This document shows positions 1 to 12,728 of a stretch of 64,000 nucleotides of DNA, piece after piece. Under the pieces are notes generated by a model. The model worked only from the letters and a program-made list of their open reading frames with translations. It was not told the origin of the DNA and searched no databases. Every line of letters starts with the position of its first letter. Position 1 is the stretch's first letter. This stretch comes from Takakia lepidozioides. Its lineage: Eukaryota; Plantae; Bryophyta. The DNA is taken from assembly GCA_030704615.1 (NCBI GenBank), contig CM060731.1, positions 17,298,001 to 17,362,000 of the forward strand. Reading direction: 5' to 3'. The position numbers were made by a program, and so were the translations under genes.

Positions 1-2474
1 TGTCCCGAAGGCCCTCTTGCAAGGCCGCCGCCCACTTCCGAGGATTCTTCGATTTGGAGGCAGTCCGCATCAGCGTTTCCTGCCTGGCCGGCCCCAAGCC
101 CCACTGTTTCCCTTTCAAGAACTCGTTGTACCTGCATTGCTGCATAATTGACCTCACAATGTCCTCCGTTGTGGCAGTGAGGATGTCCACCAGATGCGCC
201 GCAGAGGAGGCACTCGGCCATGTTTGTCGTGGGCATGTCGGTGTCGGAGTCGAGACACATTTCCTGCACAAGCACATGTTGAGGTTACAAGCAAGTTACA
301 AATAATGCCAAGAATATTTCAACGGGACGCGAATTCGTGCAACTCACCTCCCGCATATAGTCGTCGAACTGGAGGAAACGATAATGCCACCATGCTAGCC
401 AACTGACCATTGCTCCCTCGTCTGATTTCCTTACAGCACCTGACGATGTCCACCAAGCCCGTATACATGCAAACTGTGTCTCTGCATCATCCAAGGTGGG
501 AGCGCGCTTCCACGCAAGACACATGGAACGGTGCTCCTCTCTGAAATCTGGCGCCACGAGCCTGGTTGAATACTGCGAAAGGCTCTGTAGAAAATGGAAC
601 CCACAAGATCTCTCCTTGCCTTCCATGGGAACATTGGGGTCTTGCCCGTACACCCTTCGGATGGCAGCCCAATTTGCTTGTGCGTTGTCCGCCATGAAAC
701 CACGGAAATTGGGAGGGGGCAATCCCGCCTTGGCCATCTGTTCGTTTATTCCCTGCCAAAGAAGCATCTCCGATTGTGTGTCCTCTCCTTTCATCTCACA
801 AATAGCAATTGTCATTAGCATCCTGCAGTGGGTGTCATAGACATGTGCACCCATTGTCACCCACTGGTGATTTGTAATTCGCTTGATATGGTCGAACATG
901 ACCCAACTGTTTGACAAGTCCCCACTCGTCATCCTGTCGACCAGTTCGACGCCGCTGCCAGGCCCACACGTGGACATTTTGAATACGAAACAACGATCTG
1001 TCTCAGTCCCTTGTCCTGGAAACCTATTTCCATGAATGTAGTCATATCCACATCGTCGCTTCACCTCCAGAATGGAGTGCATATCCGAGCCACGCCCAAT
1101 TTTCTGTTTGCATGAGACAATGTGGTTTCAGACATTCGGTGAACATACGTGGGACACCGACTCCAACAATGCCTCCATTTCCTTCTCATCGAGAGGAACT
1201 CTATCGGAGCCGTCTTCCGACATAATTCTAGTCAATGTCATCTTATGGGCGGCTTGGAGCTGTATCTATTTGGGTTTGGCACCCGGTCTCAACTTAACCT
1301 CCTCCTGAATGAGCTGCTCTGCCTCGTGGGCAGCCTCCCGCGAGTTCCCCCTCGCCAATTTGTGACAATGGGAACCAACGTGTATGCAAGCTCGGGTGAG
1401 GTCAGGGAAACGGTGCAACACATAGAACTGCTTGGCATTACAAACAGACATGCAGTGTGGTGGTTCTTTGCAATGTGCACACTTAAATGTGGAGTTCGGA
1501 ACCTTCTCCTGAGCTCGAAATGGTTGATGAGTTGTGCCTGTCCAATCGGTCTCGTTCCTATGACCTCTGGATTTAAAATGGAAGCAAGTTGGGGAGAAAC
1601 ACCGCAACGCGCCCGCACAAACAACGTAGCGCACCTGCACACCATCGAGCATCTTCATGCTGGTGGTTTTGGTGACGCACCAAGGATGACCATCATGTTT
1701 TCTATCCATATCTGTCAACATTCCGGACGCCCTCGAGTAGTCAGTCCGAGGAGGGAACTCAAAGAAGATATTACCGTCGACGTCTGCGGGAAGGCATGTA
1801 ACCAATTTAATTGCGAACTTGCTGTAGTCCAGCCCGGCCAGCTCCGAGCGGTGTCCCTCCATGTGAAGCCCTCGCAGAATTTCAAGAATAGATCGAACTG
1901 CGGTGCTCGTGCTGGGAATATGACTCCCTCGTCCACTGACGTCCATTGAGGACTTGCCTGATCTCCACGACGACCTCGGAACTTCCATGACCTCGTCTGA
2001 GTCGGACAGGTTGTAAACAACCCGGTTCTCGCTCGTCTTCATGGATGGGTTCGGCTCTGGATTTACTTCGTTGCGGACTTCTCTCTTTGAGGTAGCCACT
2101 CTCTAATTCGCGGATTGTTTCGTGGAAGGCGCCAGGATAGAAAGTGCATTTGGCGGGCAAATGAAGTCCCCAACAGCCCTGTTTATGACATTGTCCGATG
2201 GTGGAACTCGCCATTCCCTACCATCGCCGAAATCATCGTGGAGCACAACAATACTCTCGACAACGCCGTTTGAGTCCTTCCTTTCCTCCTCCAAGAAAAC
2301 CGACCCCGGTTTCAGGTGGTATCGAATGCACAGATATTTCTCCATCACCCGACAGATGTCTCCTCTGCACGGAAATGAAGCTCTATGCTCGTGAGGAGGG
2401 CAGTACACTGTAGCGCTTGGGTTTTCCGCCATGGGAGATGTGCACACAAGACTCCCAGGATTGCGTGCGGGCAA
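1..2474 (-). mobile_element. Mutator (MULE)-like DDE transposase with N-terminal GCM/WRKY-like Zn domain; frameshifted, runs off the window start
   Basis: ORF 285..1082 has VMFDH..FMADNAQANW..CGFHFLQSL (D, D, CxxH of Mutator transposases), and TNMAE follows near 230. ORF 1266..2099 has DGHPW..CAGALRC..C..CAHC..C..HVGSHCH, a GCM-like Cys/His pattern. Frameshifts or stops separate the ORFs. Confidence 0.75.
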
Positions 2475-2639
2475 GCTCCCTGGTAGAAGGGGGATGCAGC
2501 GATGGAAAGGAATGCGGTGCCGATTTGTCCGAGCGACGAAGCCTGATCCAAATCCAAGGAGCCAACTATCTCAAAAATCCACAGTCAGAGTGTTAATGAA
2601 CCTTGTCTTACGAATGTGGCCCCTGGTCTTTGCACAATA

Positions 2640-3835
2640 ACTGCCAACGGTATGCAGTCAGAAAGTGGGGGGCCGTCCGGATGATGTCGGCTAAAGGGGA
2701 GAAGCCGGCACCGTGCCGTCACATTACTACCCCCGGATGAGAATTCGGCACCGAATATCCAGCAGGGGCCGCACGTATGAAATCGCCTCAGGCAGAGAGG
2801 CCGGAACCTGTCCGACAGAGAACAACCCCCGGATGGAAATTCAGCGCCGAATTTCAATTCGGATCCCCCCAAAGGAAGTCGTGTCGGGGGGTCAGGCCGA
2901 AAACTGGCCGACATAAAAACCTCCCCGGATGGAAAAACGGCGCCAAATTTCCATCCGAGGCCGTTCGGATGCAATCGGCTCGGGGGAAAGGCCGCCACCT
3001 GACCCTCACATTACAACCCCCGGACGGAAATTCGGCACCGAATATCCAACAGGGGAAGCCCGGATGAAGTCGCCTCGGGCGAAGAGGCCGGCGCGTGTTC
3101 GACAGAGAGCATCCCCTGGATGGAGATTCGGCGCCGAATTTCCATCCGGGCCCCCTCAAAGGAAGTCCGGTCGGGTGGTGAGGCCCAAAACTGGACGATA
3201 TAAAAACCTCCCAGGATGGAAAAACGGCGCCGAATTTCCGTGCGGGGCGGTTCGGATGCAGTCGGGGGGGGAGAGGCCGGCACCTGGCCGCCACATTTCA
3301 ACCCCCGGACGGAAATTCGGTACCGAATATCCAACAGGGGACGCCCGGACGAAGTCGCCTCGGGCGGAGAGGCCGGCACCTGTCCGACAGAGACCATCCC
3401 CCGGATGGAAATTCGGCGTCGAATTTCCATCCGGGCCCCCTCAAAGGAAGTCCGGTCGGGTGGTGAGGCCCAAAACTGGACGATATAAAAACCTCACAGG
3501 ATGGAAAAACGGTGCCGAATTTCCGTGTGGGGCGGTTCGGATGCAGTCGGGGAGGGGGGAGAGGCCGGCACCTGGCCGTCACATTTCAACCCCAGGACGG
3601 AAATTCGGCACCGAATATCCAACAGAGGACGCCCGGACGAAGTCGTCTCGGGCGGAGAGGCCGGCACCTGTCCGACATAGACCATCCCCCGGATGGAAAT
3701 TCGGCGCCGAATTTCCATCCGGGCCCTCTCAAAGGAAGTCCGGTCGGGTGGTGAGGCCCAAAACTGGACGATATAAAAACCTCCCAGGATGGAAAAACGG
3801 CGCCGAATTTCCGTCCGAGGCCGTTCGGATTTCCC
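2640..3835. repeat. Tandem array, about 4 x 285-288 bp, each unit with three GGAAATTCGGCGCCGAATTTCC-type palindromes
   Basis: Marker GGAAAAACGG at 2931, 3218, 3503 and 3791 (spacings 287, 285, 288). Confidence 0.95.
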
Positions 3836-3934
3836 TCTAGCAGTCAAGGATTCCATGAAAAACGTGTCTAAAAGTGGACTTCAGCCACAAAACTAACAGT
3901 TTGGTTTGTTTTTCTCCGAAAAACCAAGCGGCCA

Positions 3935-5230
3935 CGCTCAGAATTACCTGCAGGAAGGTAATTCGGCACTTCGACTTACCTGGCGAATGGAAATTCGGCG
4001 ACGAATTTCCATCCGCCAGCGATCCGAGTTACCTGCTGGATGGAAATTCGGCGCCAAATTTCCATCCTGATCCGCTCCGAATTACCTGCATGTTGGAAAT
4101 TTTGCGCGCCGCCCTACCTGCCGGATGGAAATTCGGCGCCGAATTTCCATCCTTCCGCTCTCCGACCAACCTGGCGGATGGAAATCCGGCGCCGGATTTC
4201 CATCCATCCCGCTCCGAATTACCTGCGTGGCGGAAATTTCGCGCGCCGCCCTCCTTGGCAGGATGGAAATCCGGCGCCGAATTTCCATCCATCCGCTCTC
4301 CGACCAACCTGGCGGATAGAAACCCGGCGCCGGATTTCCATCCATCCGGCTCCGAATTACCTGCGTGGCGGAAATCTCGCGCGCTGCCCTACCTGGCAAG
4401 GATGGAAATCCGGCGCCGGATTTCCATCCATCCGGCTCCGAATTACCTGCGTGACGGAAATTTCGCGCGCGCCGCCCTACCGGCAGGATGGAAATCCGCG
4501 CCGAATTTCCATCCATCCGCTCTCCGACCAACCTGGCGGATGGAAATCCGGCGCTGGATTTCCATCCATCCGCTCCGAATTACCTGCGTGGCGGAAATTT
4601 CGCGCGCCGCCCTACCTGGCAGGATAGAAATCCGGCACCGGATTTCCATCCATCCGGCTCCGAATTACCTGCGTGGCGGAAATTTTGCGCGCCGTCCTAC
4701 CTGGCAGGATGGAAATCCGGCGCTGAATTTCCATCCATCTGCTCTCCGACCAACCTGGCGGATGGAAATCCGGCGCTGGATTTCCATCCATCCGCTCCGA
4801 ATTACTTGCGTGGCGGAAATTTCGCGCGCCGCCCTACCTGACAGGATGGAAATCCAGCGCCGGATTTCCATCCATCCGGCTCCGAATTACCTGCGTGGCG
4901 GAAATTTCGCTCGCCGCCCTTCCTGAGGATGGAAATCCGGCGCCGGATTTCCATCCATCCGGCTCCGAATTACCTGCGTGACAGAAATTTCGCGCGCCGC
5001 CCTACTTGGCATGATGGAAATTCGGCGCTGAATTTCCATCCTGTTGCACTCCGAATTACCTGCATGACGAAAATTTTGAGCGCCGCCGTACATGGCGGAT
5101 GGAAAACCGGCGCCGGATTTCCATCCATCCGCGCTCCGAATTACCTGCAGGATGGAAATCCGGCGCCGGAATTCTATTCTGCTGCGCTCCGAATTACCTC
5201 TACGTTGGAAATTCCGGGCCGAGTTGCGTC
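3935..5230. repeat. Mosaic tandem array of short modules built on the 30-bp perfect palindrome GGATGGAAATCCGGCGCCGGATTTCCATCC
   Basis: Perfect palindrome at 4176-4205 and many variants, alternating with CTCCGAATTACCTGCGTGGCGGAAATTTCGCGCG and CTCTCCGACCAACCTGGC modules. Confidence 0.95.
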
Positions 5231-5435
5231 ATATTTCATCCGACAGGGAGGGCTTCATCCGACATTTAATTGCGTAGTTGGGCATTAAATGTCCACCGCC
5301 GTCCGTTGTTATTCGGGCTGGCGACATATGGCTTCCTCGATACGTACCCTAAATCTGATGCTAATCTTGGATTAACTTCTATTCGAGGCATGTACCCCAA
5401 GAAACTGAGATCTTTTTCCATTTTGGCTGGGACTT

Positions 5436-6367
5436 ATGCCGCCTGAAGGGCGTGGCTCTCCTAAGAGAGACTTCCTCACATCCAGACCGCGGCGGAAGTT
5501 GAAAACTTTGTACTACGGACGACGGCCAATCTCTCGCATGGCCAAACTTAAGCTCCAGCAGGAGATTCCAGTGTCTTGCTCACAACCCGCGCCAACTGAA
5601 GCCGAATACTCTCAGGCAAGCCACTTCTGCTTTCGCTTTGTTCGCTTTCGCTTTTGCTTTCGCTTTGTTGTTTGCTTTGTTTTTGCATCTTCATCCTGGC
5701 ATCGCTGGAAGCGTATGGCTGCATCACAAAAGCAGCAGCTGTTGCGAAGAATGATCAAGGATCTGAGTGGTTAAAAATTAAGGAAATCCATGCTGAGCTG
5801 AGAAGATGAAGTGCCTTCAAAACATTTCACCCTGTTTTCCCGTCTTATGGAATTCCTGATCATTTGTTCATCGTGTTTCATATTACCGGTTGAGTGAACC
5901 TTAGATAGTTTGCAATGCGTGTGCAAAGCCGGTAGCTCTGGAAAAGGCTGCTTGTGCATGTCATTCTTAGGCATTGGTTGGATTTGTTTTCATTGTTGTT
6001 CCATGACACTCCATACTTCCTAAACTTGTTTTGTTTTCATTGTTGTTCCACGATTGTTGCTATGGTGGTTGCGCTGCTCGTTGCGATGCTGGTTTTGGCA
6101 CCGATGTTGGTTCATTGTATTTTTTCAGGAATGCGATCTGATGGAGAATCTCCACAGGTGACGACGAATGCGCAAGAGCAGCTGGACACACAAGCACATC
6201 AGTTCAAGATGGAGATTTCTCCTGCAGCAGAGAGCCTACGCGACTACGAGGTATTTTCTGCTCTACAAAACCAACCTATTCTTTCGGGAGATACCACATG
6301 CCCGCCGGAGCCACGAGTTCACCGACCAACCGAACGCGGACAAAGCAACAATGCACCTTCTGTACAA
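5436..6367 (+). other. Possible 5' exons of methyltransferase-like gene copy 1
   Basis: ATG ORF at 5436, U-rich intron-like stretches, acceptor TTTTTTCAG at ~6129 and possible donor GTACAT at ~6368. No recognisable domain. Confidence 0.3.
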
Positions 6368-6409
6368 GTACATACGCTATGCCTTCCTTTCAGTCCTTGC
6401 ATTTTTCGC

Positions 6410-7110
6410 CGAATTTCCAGATCAGGGCTCCGAAAATGGCTAAGTCCTAGGGTGGCTAGCCCTGAACTGGAAATCGGCGCCATTTTTCCAGGTCAAGGCC
6501 ATATGGGACTTAGCCATTTCGGGCCGGACCTGAGAAAATGGCGCGAATTTCCAGTCAGGGCTCGAAAATGGCTAAGTCCTAGGGTGGCTGGCCCTGAACT
6601 GGAAATTCGGCGCCATTTTTCCAGTTCTGGGCCCTATTGCCGTTCTGGGACTTAGCCATTTCGGGCCGGACCTAGGAAAATGACGCCGAATTTCCAGTCA
6701 GGGCTCCGAAAATGGCTAAGTCCCTAGGGTGGCTGGCCTGAACTGGAAATTCGGCCATTTTTCTAGTTCTGGGCCCTATTGCCCTTGTGGGACTTAGCCA
6801 TTTTCGGGCCGGACCTGGGAAAATGGCGCCGAATTTCCAGTCAGGGCTCCGAAAATGGCTAAGTCCCTAGGGTGGCTGGCCCTGAACTGGAAATTCGGCG
6901 CCATTTTCCAGTTCTAGGCCCTTTGCCGTTCTGGGACTAAGCCATCTTCAGGCCAACCGGGAAAAATGGGCCGAATTTCCAATTCGGGCTCCCAAGATGG
7001 CTAAGTCCCTAGGGTGGCAGTCACCGAAAACCGAAATTCGGCGCGATTTTTCCATTTCTAGGCCCACTCAGATCCGCCCAACCTGGGAAAATGGTGCCGA
7101 ATTTGCAGTT
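6410..7110. repeat. Tandem array, about 5 x ~143 bp with self-complementary units, inside a predicted intron
   Basis: AAATGGCTAAGTCC recurs about every 133-144 bp. Each unit also contains its reverse complement GGACTTAGCCATTT, plus CTGGAAATTCGGCGCC / GGCGCCGAATTTCCAG. Confidence 0.92.
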
Positions 7111-7142
7111 CAGGGACCTCATTGTGTTTTTCATGAATGCAG

Positions 7143-9480
7143 GTACTGCAAGTTCTCCCTTTTGGAGAAAGGTCATCTGTCTTTCGAGCCCCATTCTTCC
7201 TGGCATGGAGGAACCCTGGGGCTGACTCCATGTACACTGACGATATTGTGAAGGAGTGGCATCTGGAACATTTGCATGATTGCCCTTGGTATGTGGACCT
7301 TCCGCCCGGCTCGCTCGACCCATCCGAATTCAATTGAAGCTGGATGCTGAGGCCCGACGAAACCGGGCTCCGCTGCCTCCGCTGGGTGCAAAAGAGGCAA
7401 AAGCGCTTGCGAACTCCAGGAAAGCGGCAGAGCTTGCTCAGCCAGGATTCAGGAGAAATTGAATGAGAAGAGTAAAGGCCAAAGGAAAAGGACAAGGAAA
7501 CAGATGAGTGGTAGTAACCCAAAAAACAGAAAAACCTCGGGGCATCGGAGGAGGCGCAGGTGGGGACCCAGAGAGTGACTCGGACGACGACTTTGTTCAA
7601 GGTCCTACGACTGCTGTTGCTGTACCCAATCACCGGTCGTCCGGGTTCCAAGTCAGTTCGGAGTGGGACTTAGCTCTGCAAGAAGTTGGCATTTGAGGGC
7701 GAGCCTACACGGCGGTATTCGGCGGTGACGTTTACGCACAGGCCAAAGCTAGAACCTCCAAACATCATCCAATGCGTCAATGAGAGCTTCCTTGACGCTC
7801 TCGCTGCCAGGGCGAAGAAGGTGGCACACAGCAAGTCTCTGGCGGAGCAGAAGGGGAAAGCCAAGAAGAGGGCTGCCGGCACAGAGCCTAAAGACCCCTG
7901 GTTTTGAAGCCATGATGGAATTCTTCACGGCTGTGAGCACGGATTGCAAGAGCACTCGGGGGGGGGGGGGGGGGGGTGAGGTGGAGAGAGCTTGCGACAT
8001 GATTCTCCTCGACATTCCAAATGGGGAGCTGCTGGAGGGCCTGGATGGTGTGCCCACCTGGAACAGGTTTACTGAGGACTACTGGAAAGCCGGGTTTGGG
8101 CTGGCGGGGATGCTTCTGGATGACGGTGGATGTGTGGTTGTCCTTGCCACAAGAGGGAAGACCACATAGAATGGTGGCAAGGTGGACATCGAAAAGTGTC
8201 ACCCGGTCCTCCTCAGAAAATGGTTCTGCATCATACACAGGGGTTGCGAACAGAGGGCCAAAGTGTAAGTTATCAATCTATTGCATTCACCTCATATTGT
8301 GGTGTATCTAAACAAGATCCCGGAGTTGATCCCTCTTTTGTTGGATGTGCAGACATTGGTGTTTGAGGCATATTGCTTTGTGAAGAGAGGGTCTACGTTC
8401 AAATTCCGCAACGACGGTCGTCTTGTTGATGCCGCTGTGGACCCTGTTACCTACGATGTCCTCTACAACTATGTGCCCCACTCCAGTATGCCGAAGGATA
8501 CAAAGACAGGCAAACCGTGGCGGTACAGCCGAACCCGGAGCCCTGCTTTCATCCAAACCCTCATGGAGACGTGCTCGGATGTCCAAGGACGGATTCTGGA
8601 CCTCACATGCGGCACGGGTAAGCCTTCACGTGCTCAGTTTGTCCCCTGGTCCGATTGCAATTGCATGCCGCAAGCTATTAAACCGCCCGCTTTGTTCTCA
8701 GGTGCTTCAATGTGGGCAGGGACGTTGTCCGACAGGCATGTGTTCGCTTTCGAGCCAGATATTGCCCTCCACAACTCGGAACTTGCAGCGGCTGAACGTC
8801 TGCCGAAAGAGGAAGAGGCATCCTCGGAGGATGAGGAAAAATCCGAGAAGGAGCAGGGGGGGAGGAACAAGTTGGGATCGAGGTCGAGCAGCCCCCGGTG
8901 TACGAGTGAGTGGTCGCATTGTAAGTTGCCTCCAGATTTCGTGAGGCACCTCCCTAGGCTCTCTTATTTCGTTGAAAACCCTTTCTGCTTCTGCTGGTAT
9001 TGACATTCTTGAAGTGGATTTGTTCTTACTGTAGGATGCCAAGTACGGCAGGAGGGACGTCTACACCGGAGTTCATGGGCAGGAGGAACGTGCCTTTTTT
9101 TGCCAGGGGGGGGGATTTCGCGCCTAGTCCAGAAAGGGACTACATCCTTCCTACTTATGCTGCCCGGCTTGCTTCGGTGTCCATTAGGAGGTGTTCCGAA
9201 CCTAGTTGTGTACAGCAGATTTTAGACGAGGCAAGCCTCAGAAAATGAAGATGAGGGAGGAGGCAGCAGCTATTAGAGCCGTCGGGCTCGTAGATTTGTC
9301 TTGGATTCTGCTGTGGAAAGTGGGGGAGAAGAGGCAGAAGATTCCCATGAGGTGAGGTGGACAGTCCCCCAAGGAGAGGACGGCATTTTTGAGAGGCATA
9401 CTGCAACCGATGCATCACAGAGCTCGGAGGATGGGGGGGAGGAGGGGATGAGGAAGAAGGAGGCCAAGCTCCTCGGAAGG
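7143..9480 (+). pseudogene. Beta-class N6A/N4C DNA methyltransferase-like gene, copy 1 (spliced, frameshifted)
   Basis: DMILLDIPNG (motif IV position) precedes RSPAFIQTLMETCSDVQGRILDLTCGTG|ASMWAGTLSDRHVFAFEPD (motifs X, I, II). GT-AG introns at ~8265-8352, 8618-8701 and 8906-9034. Confidence 0.75.
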
Positions 9481-9702
9481 TGTAGGAGAGTAGTTCCCAT
9501 TCCTGCTATGACAGTTAGGACACACTTGTATAGACGTGGCTTGCCACCAAATTTGCAATAAAATGTTGCATTTCATTGCTATGACGAGTCACATGACCCT
9601 ATTTCCGTGCCTCCTAACCCTATTTCCGTGGACACAATTCGGCCCGCTCATGTTTTTTTTTTTCCGCTCATGCTCGTGCCGCTCATGAAATAGCAGCCCC
9701 CG
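7696..9702 (+). repeat. Left arm of ~2 kb inverted duplication (partner 18898-20874)
   Basis: Near-identical reverse-complement match from AGGGCGAGCCTACA to GAAATAGCAGCCCCCG. ORFs 8281..9003 and 19662..20288 translate almost identically. Confidence 0.97.
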
Positions 9703-9959
9703 GACGGAAACGCCCTGTTCGAAGGCCGAATTCAGGCATGCATTCCTAACGAGATCATTATGAATGACAAACTTGGAGAGGACGATGTTGGGTTCTGGTC
9801 ACATAAACAATCTCTGGAGAGTCCGGTTCACTGATGTCGATTGTGAAAGGCCGTTAACAACAAAACAAGACTTCTTGAAAATGGCGGATACTCTCCGTTG
9901 ATCTCGAAAATTTCCTACGATCATGCAGTGACATGGAGAATGACGACCATGGTACAGGC

Positions 9960-11740
9960 GTATTGAAAGCAGCATACAGGCATTTTTTACTAGGAAGAAG
10001 AATCCATCCAATATGGAGGACTCAAAAAGGTGCAAGAAAAATCTTACTTTGGATGAGGTAAGGTCGGTGAGCAGCAAACCTTGCTGCAAGCTTCAGTGCT
10101 GCCAGTATTTGATTGGAGAAAAACCTTGGCAATTCGTACGCATTTGGGGTTCGTCATTCGATGAGAGAAGAGAACTTGGATTGAATGTTTCAAAACGACT
10201 TCACATTATGGATGGGTCATCGCGCAGGTGGTATGTTTACGATAGAAGGTGTTGATTTGTGAAAGCATGGTGGATAATACCGGAATTGGAAGATCAATAT
10301 ACATGGAGTACAAAAAGCTCAGTAATAAAGAGGGGTTTGTCATCTTTCCATGGAAATCGTGGCGACAAGCGGCCGGCGACCAGGGACACTCCAGGCAGAG
10401 GGGAAATTATGTCCATTATCAATGCAATACTGACCTTATGCCTCACAAAACACGTTGCATTGGAGAGGGACGTCGGGATACTTTGAGAATTTTGCCACCC
10501 GAAATGAACTGGAAGAGAATTCGAGAGAGGAGTCCACGACGAGGTGACTTTTATTCGTTGTCCATTTTCGTTTTTCAAAATACTGGGATGATTTTATTCT
10601 TTTTGAGGCCATATGCTTTCTTGTTCTTCCACTTTGTAGAAACTCCACTGCCCAGTGGACGTTGACATTGTTGGGGAGTTGGGGTGCAGACAAACAGACT
10701 TCTTGGTTTGAAAGGAGTCTCGCAGCCAGCTATAAGCCGTATACGGAATCGAATATTTCCTAACGTGGAGGTTCGGAAAACAGGAAGCACCTTTGCTAAG
10801 TGCACAAAATGCGAGATGTTCAAGGACTTGATCAAGAAGTCGATTAAGAGGAGTTCCGAATAGGTCGCACATAAACGGGCGCTTGATTTGCACTTGAGGC
10901 ATCAAGAGTCATGAAGAAGGCTGTACCATAGCTGGAGGAATGAGTCCGTTATGGTTCCGGATGGGTCAGTTGCCTGTCTCATTGACAGGAATGGTTACGC
11001 ACGGACACGGAGATGGAGCTTACGCTCAATTTTCCCTTGAGTTTTGGAAAGGCAATTCAAACTTCACAATTGGGTCACTGGCTCGGTGCCTGCGCCAACT
11101 GGAAAAGCCGACATGCTGGGAATCCAGGGAATCCAGGAACATTTTCGACACTGAAGTTCAAAATGTTTTTTTTGAAATGCTCATGAGAGGTAAATCGAGA
11201 TGTTTGGAGGCTCTGAAACCCTGCAGGCCGCACGATAAACGTGGTGCTCGACCACTTCCTAGACGACTTTATTTGCAGATGGACAACTCCTCCAAGGACA
11301 ATAAGAACAGATGGATGCTTGCTTTCCTATCCCTCCTCACTGCCAAAGATGTCTTTGAAGAGATCTAGCTTGGTTTTCTCATGGTCGGGCACACCTATGA
11401 GGATATTGACGGATTCTTTAGCTATCTCTCGAAGAAGCTAAAGGGACGCAACACGTACATTCTTCCGGATTTGATGAGGTCATTCATGATCTCCCAAGAT
11501 ATGCAATTCATTCCTCAAATCATACAAGAGGTTCCCGATTTCAAGAAGTTTGTTAAGGGTTGTATTCATGATGGAAAGGAGGCTTTGGTCGGGATCTCAG
11601 AGATGCACGTCTTTCGATTTTTTAAGGATGCGGATGGCTGGCCCGTTATGAAGTACAAGAAGTCAGCTACTGATTCGGAGTGGCTTCCTACAAACTCCAG
11701 CGTTAAGATGTGGAAGTCCAATCCTGAGGGGAATGCTTGC
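9960..11740 (+). mobile_element. Sola-like DDE transposase, N-terminal and catalytic part, disrupted
   Basis: CCKLQCC and FAKCTKC Cys motifs, then GMVTHGHG..LPRRLYLQMDNSSKDNKN..FLMVGHTYEDIDGFFS (DN-x-NKN / GHT-x-D signature). Several stops and frameshifts. Confidence 0.75.
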
Positions 11741-12728
11741 GCGTGAGCCTGGCCGCGTGAGCCCGTGAGCCTGTGAGCCTGGCTAGGCTCACGCCACGTC
11801 AGCAATCATCCACGTGTGCAGGTCCTAATTCCGTGCCCCCCCCCTATTACCGCGGATCAGTTGTCGCCTATGTCCCTTTCATCGCCCCCACATGAATATT
11901 CTTTCCGACCGAGAACAATGGTAGGTTTGTGGATGGTTTAGGATCGAGGACATGATTTTTGAATGAGGAGATCGCCTGCTAGAGAATTGAATATTAACAG
12001 CAAACCCTTTTTTTTGCAAAGTAGTTCATTCATTCCAACCCACAAACATTTTTCAATGCTGGAATCTGAAGACCCACCCCAAGCAATCCCTAACTGTACT
12101 TACGGGAACGCGCGAAGATCTTCAAAAACAGTTTGGGGATGGAAGCAAAACCAAAATACATTTTATTAAGTCTCGGTACTTGAACCTCAAGAACTATTGG
12201 AGGTTTCAGAGGAACTACTTCCAGAGTCTCTGCAGCAATATCATCTATGAACACAGCAGCCCCTCCTTGATGTTTTTTTTCTCCGCGACCCCCATGGAGA
12301 GGCGAATACATTGTTTGTTGGGACACCACCCATGCGCAAGCTTCTGCGTAAACCGGCAAGCGGTAAGCTCTAGGGGGACTCGAGGACATGTAGTATCCTT
12401 GGAAACCGAAAGGTGTCTGCGTATTCGATGACGCCTGCCGAACTCTGGAAAGCAAGAAGAGGAATGGTGGTAGATGTTATCATCCAGAAATAGACAATGT
12501 AAGCAACCATATGTCGAACGGGAATGACACAATGAAATGCAACATATTTTGCACGACTAGAGCCGAACTTACTCACACTCAAAATCGGAGTCCACGTCGA
12601 GATCCTCGTCAGGCGCTTCGGGCTCCTCAAGAAGTCCCTCCATGGATGGGGCAGAAGTAGTGCCCGACTCAAGCTGATGAAGCTCGCTTGAGAAGAGCTC
12701 CATATCAGCCTCCATGCCGAAGAAGTGC

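Noticed and set aside
1149-1949. 266-aa plus-strand ORF
   Set aside because: Antisense shadow of the transposase ORF 1266..2099.
2929-4926. Long ORFs (303 aa and 350 aa) with repeated GWKFGAEFPS / MEIRRRISI peptides
   Set aside because: They are by-products of GC-rich palindromic repeats: open in several frames on both strands, with the same peptide on each strand.
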